A stretch of DNA of 63,332 nt, filler included, from Octopus bimaculoides (taxonomy: Eukaryota): assembly GCF_001194135.2 (NCBI RefSeq). It is 4 parts of 3 records of this genome, joined end to end, with 100 filler letters (N's around TTAATTAATTAA, not from the genome) between each part and the next. Parts side by side here need not be neighbours in the genome. Positions count along the whole stretch, not along the records: positions 1 to 28,704 come from NC_068990.1; 3 more parts are not named here. One strand, 5' to 3'. How positions within the stretch are numbered: position 1 is the stretch's first letter; the number at the start of each line of letters is the position of its first letter. The notes below the pieces were generated by a model. The model made no database searches and was not told the DNA's origin. It saw only the letters and a program-made list of their open reading frames with translations. The translations under genes were made by a program, and so were the position numbers. Of this stretch, positions 13,212-28,404 are shown piece after piece.

Positions 13212-13310
<99 letters not shown>

Positions 13311-13822
13311 TATAATATATACAAATATATGTATGTATATGCATACACGTGTGTGTGTGTTCATATGTGCATGTGGTTGTCATCATACATCTATTGATGC
13401 GAACGTGTGTATTTGTATGTGTGTAAGTATACATGTAGTGGGAGAGAGAGACGTTGAGTTAGAGATAGATAGATAGAGAGCGAGAGAGAGAATCAAGAGA
13501 GAAAGACGGATTATATGCGACATATGTATTATCTATATCATTCATGTGGACATTTGCCAAACATTAATTGATAGTTTCGAATGCTTCTATATATAGATAT
13601 ATATCGACTGACAAATAGCAGAGAATCGAGGAGGTAAAGTGTGAATGCATTAACATGATAAGGGCTTAATTACTGTCTATTGACTGATTCGACGCTTCTT
13701 TGAGGATAAAAACAATTAGATTCCCAGAATATTGGGAATTTTCATTTTTAATCATTCTTAATTTAGGATATTTTAATGTGAGTGGCAACATAAGCAAAAA
13801 AGTAATGAATTGTTTACTTACG

Positions 13823-13892
<70 letters not shown>

Positions 13893-15656
13893 CTAGTCTG
13901 AAGATGCTATCTTTAAGATAGCATGTTTCAAATTGGTGTGATATTATCAGGTATACATATCTTATGCATGTTGTAAAAACGCTGGTAATACACGCAAGAT
14001 GAAAGAAGCTATAAATTCAACAGTGGAAAACATGAAATAGAGGAATGAGATGAAAAGGCAATTATGATGAGAGCAATGAAAAATAAAACATTGTCATAAA
14101 GAGTGTGGTATTTCAGGGTCTCTGAGACTGGCGAATTTCTTGCCAGTGATGAACTTCTTTGACTGATGAAGGCAGTTAGAAGAGAAACACGGGGAAGAAG
14201 AAAAATCCTGCGTGTTCTTATTTATAGCAATATAATCCGTGCTTTTTTCCAATGATAAACTGATCCAAAGTACTAATCTTAGTGATTTCACATATTAACA
14301 TAAATTAATATAAGATTCATGAAACAATTCTAACTATAAATATGTGGAATACACGATATTGCTCAGCCTCAATTGTTCTTCGTGTTATTTTTATTGGATG
14401 TCGATATTTCTGTTTTTTTAGCATGATTTAGATCGAATGTGGACCGTTTTTCTTGCGCAATTCTTGACGAAAGAAGTAGACAAAATATCTAAATAGTCAG
14501 TAAACTAAGTCATCTGGATAAAACTGTCTTGGAGTAATAAGGCTCAATGTGCCGGTTACCCGGATTGTATAGCACATAAGTGACCGATATCACAACATTC
14601 CATCAGAACAGGACACCAATCCTTCGTCACGTTAATCATTTACATGAAAGGCTTTGCTCAATAACACAAAGCCCTATTCAGGAATCGAAAGCAGGATCTT
14701 GATATCATGCGTGTAGCACTATCAGCACAAGACCACGCACCTTCAGCTCTAAAATACTTTTGCTCAATAAATGATGATTTGAATTTTTGGCACATGACCA
14801 GCAGCTTATGGGGACGTTGTAAGTCGATTATATCGGCTCTAATGCTCAGCTGGTACTAATTTTGTTGACCCCGAAGGGATGAAAGGGAGAGCCGACCTCG
14901 GCGAAAATTGAATTCAGAACACGAAGACAGACGAAATACCAGCTCAACGCCATATTAGTCATTAAATAATACTTTTTTTTTTAACATGCGATGTAAATAT
15001 TTCTTGCAAACTTCATAAAGGCCATTAAATATGTGGCAATCTACTTAAATATTGTTTATCAGGCCGATTGTATCATTGAGTTTTACTTAATTTAAGTAGT
15101 GCTTATTGAATGGCAACCTATAAAGTTATCATAGCATATCCATGACACGCATTTTACGGAAACATTTGCCTTGGATTGTGATGTAATCAGGAGCATAATT
15201 TCGAAGAATTCGTTGCGTAAATGTTTGTAACTGTTTCTACATTCTACATAATTTGCTTGCAATATATTCGTTCCCTATTCAACTATAAAACTATAACCGA
15301 TTTAATTGTCACTGTGTATTTAATCAATAATGAAAGAAATAACATTTTTCTCTAAAGAACCAGCAAATAAATTAAATATTTTATCCATTTCAGTTCATGA
15401 TGACATTCTTCAAATATTGAAATATACTGTCATCATTTGTTTCCGTTTTAGGGTGAATAACACCTTCAAAGAACTGTAATGGCGACTGGATGTTGTTAAA
15501 ATAGTTTTAGTTTTAATAGCGAAAGCAATTAAATTCTGAAGTGTCAAATAAATATGATAATTTCTACTCACAAATTCAATTACATGTTTACATACACATG
15601 CATACGCATATAGGTAAGCATATATGTATATGTATATGTGCTCTATGTCTTTGTGT

Positions 15657-15706
<50 letters not shown>

Positions 15707-17206
15707 GTGGTACGCTTATATGCATAATATATATACGTGTACGTGCGTGCTTCAGTGTGTGCAGACGTTGCGTGCGTCTGAGTGAGTGCTGTGTGTGTAT
15801 TGTGTCGACAGAGAGAATGAGAGAGAGTGAGAGAGAGATGGGGAGAGAGAAAGAGATAGAGTCGTGGAAAGGGAGGTAGATGCAGTCACAGAGAGAGAGA
15901 GAGAGGCGAATAGATTTATTAGTTATACGTGCATGCCCATACTTATATATCATGTTCATAATGTTTTTCTTCAATTTCAATATTCAGTAACATACTTTCA
16001 GTAAACATCATTAATACGTGATTCGACAATCAAATTTTGTCTGTGTATCATGTATAAATTTATGTGTATTCGTCTACCTAAATACGTATCGTTTGTGATT
16101 GTCGATATATACAAACTTAAGCGACAGAGATATTGTAGATTTCAGCATTTTAAGAACGAAATCAATAATTATACATTTATTGTACAAAATATCCATATTT
16201 ACACTCTCACATCATAGATTTTGTCTGTCGCATAATTCTGGTTTCAAATTTTTGAACAAGGCTAAGATGTCTGGAGGAGGTCGATAACATCGATCCCACT
16301 GTTCAACTTGTACTTATTTTATCGATCCCGAAATGATGGAAAGTACATTCAACCACGGTGAATTTGAAAACAGAACATAAAGAGAGACGAACTAATGCAA
16401 ATCACTTTAGTCCGCGTGCTAACGACTTTGGCACTCGCTACCTTAAATCTTTATCCTACAAAATATCCATATCTTCACTATTACATCAGTGATTTTGGCT
16501 GTCGCATAACTTTAGATTCTTTCAAATTTCCGAGCATAATTTATCTCTCTTAATATAACTGAAGTGTTCGTGTTTTCGCCCCCTTGACAGCCAGACCACA
16601 CTACTAGCGCCCTCATCCCAACTAACCATCACAAACATAGACCTCTTTCTGAACTAAATTCAAAGCAAATGTATCTCACAAACTTAACCTAATAAACCCA
16701 ATGTTTTGTTGTTTTTACATGAATCGCTACCCCATTCTAGCCCCACTTGTCTTCAACGCCCCCTTAGAACTCCCCCTCCCCCCCAGTGGAACAATACTGA
16801 CCACTTTAGGAACCACTGCTTTAAACATTCATATGGGTTCAGTGCTTTCAGTTGATCATTGTCTAACATATTTACCGATCAAGTTTGAGCATACTTTAGA
16901 GGCATATAAAAGCGTATAATACTAACACACGTATATGTATGAGTGTTTATATCTATATTTGTATGGGGTTCTGATGATTATGGTTCCATTACAAATCAGG
17001 CTGAACAGAAATAGACAGTCGGTAAGATTGTTAAATTTGAAACCGGTACCTGTTTAATAATGTTCCTTTTCGGTGATTTTAAATGTCTTGCCCGCTTACG
17101 TTTTGGTATCACGCTATATTTCATATTGAGAACAATTTAGGTCTTTTTAGACACAAGATGTGATCTATTTCTAGCACATTAAATGTCCACGTTAGTGGTC
17201 AACGTC

Positions 17207-17251
<45 letters not shown>

Positions 17252-17859
17252 CATGTATATGTATATGCGTGCATGTATGTGTGTGCATGTATGTGTGTGC
17301 ATGTATGTGTGTATTTGTGTGTGTGTGTGTGTCTGTGTGTGTGTGTGTGCGTGTGTGTGTGTGTACTTACATATATGTGTGTTAGTATTATACGCTTTTA
17401 TATGCCCCTAAAGTATGCTCAAACTTGATCGGCAAATAAGTTGGATAATGATCAACTGACGAGTGACTATATTTTTGAATAGATTTAATTGTAGATCGAT
17501 TTGATTATTAATCGAATTATTAATCGAATTGGCTTTATCTATTTGAAAATATAGCCACGAAACGTGCCTAGTCATTTTTATACCATTTACTAGTTATTCA
17601 TTTATGTATTTAATTGATTTTTATAATAAGATTTTTAGATATATTCATTTTCTTGAGGGTATGAATTACATTCTTCGTTATTGAATTATTTAATAGTGCT
17701 TTTTCTCAAAATTATATATATATATATATATATATNNNNNNNNNNNNNNNNNNNNNNNNNNNNNNNNNNNNNNNNNNNNNNNNNNNNNNNNNNNNNNNNN
17801 NNNNNNNNNNNNNNNNNNNNNNNNNNNNNNNNNNNNNNNNNNNNNNNNNNNNNNNNNNN

Positions 17860-17988
17860 ACCAATCAACTACATGGTATTGGGTTCAGTCCCACTGCGTG
17901 GCACCTTCGGAAAGTATCTTCTACTATAGCCTCGAGCAGGCCAAAGTCTTGTGAGTGGATTTGGTAGATGGAAACTGAAAGACGCCCG

Positions 17989-18024
<36 letters not shown>

Positions 18025-18059
18025 TTGTGTGTGTGTGCGTGTGTGTGTGTGTGTGTGTA

Positions 18060-18090
<31 letters not shown>

Positions 18091-18310
18091 TTGTGTGTCC
18101 GTGTGTCCGTGTTTGTACCCCACCATCGTTTGACAACTGATGCTTGTGTGTTTACGTCCCCGTCACTTAGCGATTAGGCAAAAGATGCCTATAGAATAAG
18201 TACTAGGCTTACAAAGAATAAGTCTTGGCGTCGAGTTGCACGACTAAAGGCGGTGTTCCAGCATGGCCGCAGTCAAATGAATGAAACAAATAAAAGAATA
18301 AAAGAAAAAA
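17860..18310 (+). mobile_element. SINE family A
   Basis: Same head, microsatellite and tail as 36345-36755. Confidence 0.8.
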
Positions 18311-19102
18311 GAATATATATATGTATATGCGTATAGGAGTGTGTATAGTATTTGATATTGATAGTAATATTATTTTATTGTCACATGTAGTGCTGTACAT
18401 TCGTTACTAATCGTACAAATATATAGTCTACTTTTGAATAGAGCTTGTTTTGAAGCGTATACATAGCTAGGCGTTTCTATAAATTCATCAACATGGACAA
18501 TTTAGGATATTGTTGATTTTGTTCCGAGCACAGATCATGAAATTCCTAAACGCACCCGTAGAACTTTTGCAAAGGTAATTGGTACTCTGACTGTGTAGTG
18601 ATTGGGCAAAAATAAAGCTTACTGTATCATTTTATATATGTTTGGTATGTAGAAACTGAGATCAGCGAAATGTATTTGTAGACCTCAATACATTGAAAAG
18701 CATGCAACATTGATATCGCTCCAAGCTACTTTGATGTGAAGGAAAACCGAGTCAAATATAAATATATTTCAAGTAGCACTCACGACAATTAGTTATCTAT
18801 CTGTTAAATATGGTAATGATTTTTTAGAGAATCTATGCATATTAGATTATAAGAAAAGCAATTATAATTAATGCACTATTGACTATTGAAATATTTAAAT
18901 GTTTTTCTATATTTATGAGAACATTTGAATGTAAAATTTTTTCTACAATTCAATACTAGTAACATAAAATTAATGCTATAATACATTTCCTAAAGTAAAA
19001 AATCACGTTTAAAATTACCAGTACTGTACGATGGTGTGTAACTAATAACGGACCAACGTATATCAAAGTTAATATTCCTGTCTTTTCAATTAAATGCATT
19101 TA

Positions 19103-19190
19103 CTAATTGTCGTGACATACAATTTCTATGTTTCTGATTGTCGTGACGTGGAATTTATATCTTTCTAATTGTCGTGATGTAGAATTTTTC
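19103..19190. repeat. Three-unit tandem repeat of about 31 bp
   Basis: CT.ATTGTCGTGA...GAATTT.TAT.TTT occurs three times. Confidence 0.75.
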
Positions 19191-19542
19191 TGTTTATTTT
19201 ATATTCTTTCTTTATCTACTGACACCATAAAAACTTAAATACTAAGATGGCTTTTCTTCGAATATTATACTTCTCCTAAATGTACATTTTGTATGTGTAC
19301 ATCTGTTAGCGATATTGTCTTCGTCCACTTTGAATTTTATGCCAGTTTAGGTTGCTTCGATAACGTTGTGTTAAAATATTTTGGGATATTTTATACCTTT
19401 TTCTCTATCAAAATATGCTGACACAATAGAAACGATCGTTGTTAATGTTGGTGTAATCAGTAATACTTGTTTACAGAGAAATTGAGGCAAATATAAAAAA
19501 AGTTGTTCTAGACTAATTGTTCTAGACTCAATGCTGTGTTCG

Positions 19543-20030
19543 CATCCAATCAGTCCTCTCCCCCTTGTTTTCTTGGTACATACAGTCTGTCTGTGTCACT
19601 TTTTGGATGGAATGACCCATATCTAGTTAGCAACTTCCTTGCCCTTCTGCCTAAGTTGTTTAGTTCGTCTACTGTTCATGCGATTATGCCTGCTTCATAT
19701 CTAAGGAGTGAAACCGCCCAGGTGTTGATAACTTCGATCTTATTCCGTCCGTTTGATTTCGACTAAAGGATCAGTCTGAGTCTGCACGAGTAATCCAACT
19801 TAAATTTATCTGTAATTTATTTCTCTCTCCATCAATTTATCCATTTCCAGTACCCCCAAGTAATTATAACCCGTCTCTTCTATTTACTTCATAACCTCCC
19901 CCGACGGTATCGCTAGGCTGTTCATACATTTGATTTTGCCTGTCTTCAAGACTAACACACCACACTTTCTCAGTCTGAGCTCCATTCTGATATCAGCACT
20001 GAAAGTATAGACCGTGTCAACGAGGGAACT
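19543..20030 (-). mobile_element. Decayed R4/Dong-like reverse transcriptase (thumb region) fragment
   Basis: Hand translation of the minus strand gives NKIEVINTWAVSLLRYEAGII*..ELNNLGRRARKLLTRYGSFHPKSDTDRLYVPRKQGG(RGL), typical of R4-clade RT. Stops and frameshifts are present. Abuts a (TTA)n-like tract at about 20031-20077. Confidence 0.8.
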
Positions 20031-20275
20031 GTTGTTATTATTATTATTATTGTTATTGTTGTCATTATTATTATTATCTAGTCGTTTATCTCACTGAATT
20101 GTAAGCATACTGGGAATTTGTCTTGCGTTATTTCATTCGTCTTTACGTTATGAGACTAGATTCTGCAGATATCGAATTCGCCTTTCATCCCCAAAATATT
20201 TGGCCTTGTGCCAATAGTAGAATGGATTATTATCAGTACTAGCAGCAGCAGTATTATTATTATTATTATTATTAT

Positions 20276-20328
<53 letters not shown>

Positions 20329-22851
20329 TATGAATGGATTGCCACATTTCTTGCAGCTCTGTCCGCATTAGATTCTAAGTTCAGACACAACATATTCAGT
20401 TTATTGCTTAACTGTGTGTACTTGATTCCTCGATCCCAATAGCATTGAGTGATAGAAAGTAGATTTCTACGAATGTAAACAGCGGCAAACTTGACCATTC
20501 ATTTTGGGAAATGTTTACCTGTCTTCTACTCGACCGGCTTCTTTCGTCACCATCATGTTTCCGGATGCTTCCGCAGCCCACTTTGCCAAGTAACATATCC
20601 CTGTCATGAAGATTTCATTATACACTCTCTGCGGGATTTAAAAGCAAATAATTGTACCCAGTATACGCACTTGGCAGAGGGCTTCATAGTCATTTTAGGT
20701 GCGGGTACTTGACGGTATTGTAGAAGTTATAGTGATTGTGAAGTATAAAAGAAAAACGGATAGAAATGCAAAGCTAAACAGAAAGTGTTATTATAAAATT
20801 TTAATTTGACTGGAGATCAACATTATCGAAGAATTAATTTAATGTGAACAACTTGATATTCACTCTTTGACAGTAATTAGCGCTCCTGGAGCACAAAATT
20901 TCAAGAAACGTAGCTTTTCTTATTTCAAAAGCATATATTCGTGTATAATTGCCTAATTAGAAATTTGAGTTTTATTGATTGTTCCAATATGAAGGTATCA
21001 AATGTAAAATTGTTTGTTTATACTGTTTTCTTTTTACAATTGCTTTGTATTGGGAGTTGAGTCAACTTTAAAGTCTAGAAATGTGTTTCAGATATACTGC
21101 TGGTACATCTAAAATGTGTCTTATATATGGAGGCAGTACTTAATTTAAATTGCCATCAATGTAGCATATTCAAAACATACATATATTATGTGAGTGTGTG
21201 TATGTATGCATCTATGTGTGTGTATACATTAAGTATGATTCAAAAATGGCTATTTTAGTTAAATATTGCCTCTATGATGTACAGCTGATTTTAATCAAAT
21301 GGGCAGCTATACGCAGTGTCACCGAACGCCGTATTTAGGTACTCGTATATCAGAGATGCTGTACGAACGAATCTCCCACCCAACCTCTCTATCTCTCTCT
21401 TTCTATCTTTCTCTCTCGCAGATATTGTGTCTTTAAATACAGGAAGACATATCTCATGAAAAATACAACTGTAACGGGCCGATCGACAATGTGTATACAT
21501 TAAAAATAATACATAGCTGGTTATGGAATTTAATATCTAATATGTTGGTATATTGATTCACAGACTCAGGGAAAGATATTTTGTATTTCAGTGTGTAAAG
21601 CCGCTGCAGAATGTATAAATCTGTTGTACAGTGCGCAGGATTGTGGCTTTGACTTGGCATCAGTCGTATAGTGTGTAACTGGATCGCACCATTCCATTAT
21701 GTTGGTGAGATTCAAAGATTTACCAGTTCTTGATTTTAGATGTTCCTTTTGAATGTATATGATTTAAAACACATCTGCTTCTTATATTTCATTAATTTTT
21801 ACACATGTCCATGACAATAATTTAAAGCTCCCTCGTGGTACCATTTTCTTATATCGTTACGGCTATATGTAACACATTTGAGGATTTTTATACGTAGATT
21901 TCGTCATAAAAAAAATTGATTGGCAAGAGAGCTTCTTTCAATTTCCATTTACCAAATCCACTCACAAGGCTTCAGTGGGCACGAAATTATTGTAGAAGAC
22001 ACTTGCCCAAATGCATGTGGTTGGGAAGCATGCTGCTTGCAATACAGTTACGCCTGCACCTATAATGTTCAGTTTTATTATGTAAATGTAGACTCACTCA
22101 TTAAAATATAGTTATCTGGCTGTTTGACGAACCCGAAAGCAGCTCGATTAGGTTTCAAGCGGTTTTGTTGTATCTTGCCTTGAGATATACAAATAGGCTT
22201 ATTGTACATGTATACAGAATCGAAATTTTAGCACACGCTGACATTAGTAATCTGTACATCGGTAAATCTAGTGGCAGATAATATCAATTAATAGATAAAG
22301 TAGCTGTAAATTAACACACTTTCCGGCGATTTTGCACATTTCCATATAGGCACATATATTGGCAGTGTCGATATGACTGATTAGCATATCGTTAGCTTCA
22401 CTGACAGTTCTTGTTAATTAATAACTCACATAGTTATTAATTAATACACTCCACCATTGAATGTACTGGTACACCAATGTATAAAATGTTTCTTTGCTGG
22501 TAGTTGTTTTTTTTGTAAGAAGGACGATGCTTGCGGTTTGTATAAGATATAAAAGTTGACACGCCTTATGAGAAGGCATTAACGAATCGAATTTAAGCAA
22601 CGATTTCTCTTATCCTTCCTGCAGAGAAAGCGAAGAGATTCAGATACTGAAATTGGAACAGAACTAGGCAGAATAATTTTTTCGTCTTTTGTATCAGTCA
22701 TTGGACTGCGTCCATCCTGTGACACCGCCTTAAATGGTTTAGACCAACACATCAACATCGGTACTTATTTATAAGTCTGGTATTTATTCTATCAGGTACT
22801 CTGTTGCAGGGTCACTACGTTGCCGGGATGTAAACCAACCAACACCAATAA

Positions 22852-23800
22852 CACTGGTCAACAAAAATAAATGTATTAAACTCACTAGTAAATCAAACCA
22901 ACCTTTTAAGACTAATTTTTCATGCCGAGTTCAAAATTGTACCCCATTTCTATGCAACACGTACCGGTGTTTCAGTAGATACATGCAAATATTTACATAT
23001 TTGTATATATAAAATCATTGATGTAATAAATAAGGACATATTTTTAGAAAGTAAAGGAGTTTATTGAGTTAAATGTCATCACGATCATTGTATAAGGAGT
23101 GAATACACAAAAAAAAGTGGGTCAGACAAAACAGACAAAGTTGGGACAACAGAGTTAGAAACATTTGGATTTGGATTTCTGTAGAACCACATTTCTTGGC
23201 CGAAAATAATTTATACGAATACCGTCCTCTAGCCGATACATCCCCTTCAATCTTGATGACAGGAGTTCTGCTACTTTATCTTTTGAGAGAGATAGGTCTC
23301 TGAAAAGTTATTCAGTTCAGATTGGGAAAGTTTCTGAGGTTCAAAGCTGTTGTCATCAGCCACGCAATCTTCCTCAGCAGCAATATCGTAACAGTCGTAA
23401 TCATCATGTGACGTTTCAATACCATCATCTGGTGGACCTGGAATTGGTAGATTGGTGAGCCACAGGTTTCATCGCAGAATCGAAATTGGGATACACAATT
23501 TTGTGTTTATTCTTCAGAGAAAATCTTGTGACATTTACTTCGCAAAATAACAGTCATTAAAATAGTCTTTCGGCTCCATCCATATCATTGGAATGGCAAA
23601 AGGCATGGAATTCATCTTTTAATTGAACTTGTCACGTTATCCATTTGAGCAAGTTGGGCAGAAAAAATGTGGTGCCCGTAACTTGTCCTAATCTCAAAGA
23701 GGACACTCAAAGTATAGCTTATAAATCTTTTTGATCTCTGGTATTATTGTACGTTTGGTTGGGCGCTAACTTATATCAATCTTTGTCTCAATAATCATAA
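22852..23800 (-). mobile_element. DNA transposon relic, probably Chapaev3-like (CMC), N-terminal transposase
   Basis: Minus-strand fragments YKLYF...DK..APHFFCPTC...SMPFAIPMIW.EP....DCYF and LSQSELN..RDLSLSK..AELLSSRLK. A CACTGGTCAAC terminus at 22852 is preceded by TAA. Superfamily assigned from memory. Confidence 0.6.
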
Positions 23801-25419
23801 TTAGATAGAATCATTAACAAACAGACACAGAGACAGATAGATAGATAAATTGATTGAGTGATTGATTGATAGATCTTTTCTGTTCGGCTGCACTTGTGAA
23901 AATTTTAGACATTAGTGAAAATTTTAAAACTTGGTATATTAATGTAAGTTTTCATGCCGAATCTCAGGTGTAAATTCACTCTTTCCACAAAATGTTTAAA
24001 AAAAAGTTACAGAGGTTTTTAAAGTTTGATAGTTTTTACTCGATCAGAAAACAAGATTTGGAAGCTGTCATTTTGTGCGTGAAACAAATAAAATTTTGGT
24101 GGAATTCTGGTTTAAGCATGCCATATAACCCCCCCATAACTCTTTTATTTTTAAGAATTTTCAGAAAATTTTCTGAATTTGTATTCTACACAAATTTTTG
24201 CGAATTTGTATTATGCAATAACAAAATAAAAGAAAAACTTGGTGCGTGATTTAAGACGTATTTGGCTATTATTTAAACACATCTCACGACCACCTGTGTT
24301 TTATGCATTTAATGAGCGAAAATGACCACGTGGGTAAGCAGTTTCGCAACATCTTGGCTTGTTACTATGGAAACAGGCAGCTATACACCTGTGGCTTTCG
24401 ACTGAGTAAGTTTACTCAACATTTCCAAATTTTAAAAGCTATTAACTCTTTATCTATTGATTGATGGCGGAAATGAATTTCCTGTCATTGATTACCATAC
24501 AAAACTACATCAACACATCAAATATGAAATCAATTGGAACAAAAATTGAAGAAATTGAGAAGTGGCAGCCAAAGAGAAAAGATCCAAATACACAGATAGA
24601 TAGATAAATATANNNNNNNNNNNNNNNNNNNNNNNNNNNNNNNNNNNNNNNNNNNNNNNNNNNNNNNNNNNNNNNNNNNNNNNNNNNNNNNNNNNNNNNN
24701 NNNNNNNNNNNNNNNNNNNNNNNNNNNNNNNNNNNNNNNNNNNNNNNNNNNNNNNNNNNNNNNNNNNNNNNNNNNNNNNNNNNNNNNNNNNNNNNNNNNN
24801 NNNNNNNNNNNNNNNNNNNNNNNNNNNNNNNNNNNNNNNNNNNNNNNNNNNNNNNNNNNNNNNNNNNNNNNNNNNNNNNNNNNNNNNNNNNNNNNNNNNN
24901 NNNNNNNNNNNNNNNNNNNNNNNNNNNNNNNNNNCATACAGACAGACAGACAAACAGACAGATTAATAGATATAGTTTTATACAGAAGAAAATTTACATA
25001 GTAATCATCAACAGATACGAAATCGTATCATAATGTGTTTGTGCTAAGAAAAGCGAAACTCATTAATTTGGTTTTGGTTTCTCCACAGGAAAGAACTAAT
25101 GGCATTCACTATGAAAAACGGGTCATCAAACCTTCGCCACCTTGCCTCTCCTCTTCCCTATTGTTATCTTCTCTCTCTCTCTCTCCCTCTCCCTCTCTCT
25201 CTCCCTCTCTCTCTCTCTCCCTCTCTCTCACTCTCTCGCTCAATATTTTATTTCCTCTATTCTATTATACTCAATATATCATTCTCTCTTTCCCTCTATC
25301 TTAGTTTGGTTTCCTATTCTAATTATATCATCATGCCCATCCACTCTGTGTTGTTTATGTGTCTGGCTATCTTAATATACACGTTAACGCTACGCTCACA
25401 ATTCCACACACGTACACGT

Positions 25420-25456
<37 letters not shown>

Positions 25457-25546
25457 AAGAGAGTGAGAGAGAGAAAGAGAGAGAGAGGCACATACAGACA
25501 TATATATATATATGTACATATATATATATATATATAGATAGGTAGG

Positions 25547-25646
<100 letters not shown>

Positions 25647-25914
25647 CAGGCAGACAGACAGAAACGTACATACATACATTCTTAAATAGATTGATAAATG
25701 CATGTATGTATATATATGTATATGTATGACAGAGCATATAGATATGTATCCATATGCATCTGCCTCCGAATATGACCAAGCGACATAGGAGTTCAGTCCT
25801 AGAGTGTTTATCGTATTAAAATTTTGTTAGAAACATTGAAGTAGTAAGACGAACAAATCGAAAGATACTTTATAAATACAGAAGGTCATAAAAGAAAAAC
25901 GATATACATATATG

Positions 25915-25940
25915 TATATATATATATAAATGAGAATGTG

Positions 25941-25987
<47 letters not shown>

Positions 25988-26425
25988 GTGAATCCCTAAA
26001 ACTCGAGAACTACGCAACCAATTTCATTCAAATTTTACAGATGCCTTACTTAGGGTTCCAGCTGTGTTTTAGTCAAAAAATATTTAACTTCTTGCAGAGT
26101 TCGAGCTCACGGCAACATAATATCTCCTCCACTATTTAAGTATTACGTGTCAAAAGTGAAACAAAAACACTCATGTCAAACACTTTCACTTTAAAAATGA
26201 AACTATTCTACTAACTGAAACAATCATATTTCGATACTGTAATGACAGATACTTTCAGAGAGAGAGAGAAAGAGAGAAAGAGAGAGAGAAAGAGAGAAAC
26301 AGAGAGAGAGAGAGAGATGTATATGTATACATAAAGATGTATATGTACACGTTATTTCACTAACTGAAACAATCACATTTCGATACTGTAATGACAGATA
26401 CTTTCAGAGAGAGAGAAAGAGAGAA
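25915..26425 (+). mobile_element. Non-autonomous Helitron-like element with internal subrepeats (runs into gap)
   Basis: Starts (TC)TATATATAAA-TGAGAATG-(TGTC)n. About 330 bp is shared with 28347-28704. The unit ctaactgaaacaatca.atttcgatactgtaatgacagatactttcagagag is repeated. Confidence 0.65.
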
Positions 26426-27222
26426 NNNNNNNNNNNNNNNNNNNNNNNNNNNNNNNNNNNNNNNNNNNNNNNNNNNNNNNNNNNNNNNNNNNNNNNNNNN
26501 NNNNNNNNNNNNNNNNNNNNNNNNNNNNNNNNNNNNNNNNNNNNNNNNNNNNNNNNNNNNNNNNNNNNNNNNNNNNNNNNNNNNNNNNNNNNNNNNNNNN
26601 NNNNNNNNNNNNNNNNNNNNNNNNNNNNNNNNNNNNNNNNNNNNNNNNNNNNNNNNNNNNNNNNNNNNNNNNNNNNNNNNNNNNNNNNNNNNNNNNNNNN
26701 NNNNNNNNNNNNNNNNNNNNNNNNNNNNNNNNNNNNNNNNNNNNNNNNNNNNNNNNNNNNNNNNNNNNNNNNNNNNNNNNNNNNNNNNNNNNNNNNNNNN
26801 NNNNNNNNNNNNNNNNNNNNNNNNNNNNNNNNNNNNNNNNNNNNNNNNNNNNNNNNNNNNNNNNNNNNNNNNNNNNNNNNNNNNNNNNNNNNNNNNNNNN
26901 NNNNNNNNNNNNNNNNNNNNNNNNNNNNNNNNNNNNNNNNNNNNNNNNNNNNNNNNNNNNNNNNNNNNNNNNNNNNNNNNNNNNNNNNNNNNNNNNNNNN
27001 NNNNNNNNNNNNNNNNNNNNNNNNNNNNNNNNNNNNNNNNNNNNNNNNNNNNNNNNNNNNNNNNNNNNNNNNNNNNNNNNNNNNNNNNNNNNNNNNNNNN
27101 NNNNNNNNNNNNNNNNNNNNNNNNNNNNNNNNNNNNNNNNNNNNNNNNNNNNNNNNNNNNNNNNNNNNNNNNNNNNNNNNNNNNNNNNNNNNNNNNNNNN
27201 NNNNNNNNNNNNNNNNNNNNNN

Positions 27223-27257
<35 letters not shown>

Positions 27258-28346
27258 CTAGGAAGATGTTAATATTATATAATATCAAGTTGTGTGGTAC
27301 ATCATACTCAAGTCTCTAGCTAAACTCTGGTAGCGACTGAGGACATGCTTCTAGAACAATGTGCGTTTCATAGAGTATCGTGTGTCTTTTATATTTTGCT
27401 TGTTTTAGTTATTGTACTGCGGCCATGCTGGAGGACCACTTTGAAGAATTTCAGTCGAATGAATCGACTCTATTTTAAGCCTGGTACTTATTTTATCACC
27501 TCTCTTTTGCCGGAGTGCTAAGTTACTGGGACCTAAAGCCACCAAAATTTGTCATGTGATGGTAGCGTGACAAACACAGACACAAACACACAGACCTACA
27601 CACACACACGCGTATATACACACATACATATGGTGTACGGTGGTGTTCTTTCAGTTTTGTAGTATCATTTGCCTAAATTTTGTCATAAAAGAAGCTGCAT
27701 AAATGATAGATACATTGGGAAATAACGTTTTATTATATCTGAATTTCTCAAAATATTGGGTCCAAATTTTGTAATTTCAGGGAAGTGGATTACTCTATTA
27801 CATCGGCCCCTGCGCTCAAGTAGTACTCATTTTATGGATTTTGGAAGGATGAAATGAAAAGTCGACTTTAGCGGACATTGAACTCAGAAAGAAATGACAT
27901 AAAATACCACCAAGAATTTTGACCGGCGTGCTTCAAACTTAAAACTTCTAAAAATATTGATACCGAGACATTTATGGCAATTTCTGAAAATTTTCGTTTT
28001 TACGATTCTGTCTCTATAGTTCAACGAGAGTGACACAATCAGCGATTTAGTATAAATTTAGACGTTTAAAAAAGAAAATTCCTTATCATTAAAGTCGTAA
28101 ATATATTTATTTTCGCGAAAATCACTGGAGTTCAGAAATTTTTAATGGTAATAAATATCGAGTTTACCTTCTGGAATCCGTCTAAGTTGCTGCATAAAAT
28201 GGTAGACAAGTGAATGGCATTGCGAGAATTAAAGTGTTTATATTCATCTTATATAAAACAATGGATACTATTATAAGAGTCAAAAGAAAGTTGCTAGTAT
28301 ATGTTTTCAATGGAAATAAGTTGCGAAAACTTATTCTCTTCATTTT

Positions 28347-28373
28347 ATCTATATATATAAAAATGAGAATGTG

Positions 28374-28404
<31 letters not shown>

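Noticed and set aside
14094-14291. 65-aa minus-strand ORF with KK sites (neuropeptide-like?) and a nearby CTGATGA...GAAA
   Set aside because: No convincing signal peptide or repeated peptide, and no stem II or stem I for a hammerhead.
20519-20600. Possible orphan minus-strand exon (AG...GTAAAC, 82 nt, GC-rich, two open frames)
   Set aside because: Weak polypyrimidine tract, no recognisable protein similarity and no partner exons found.
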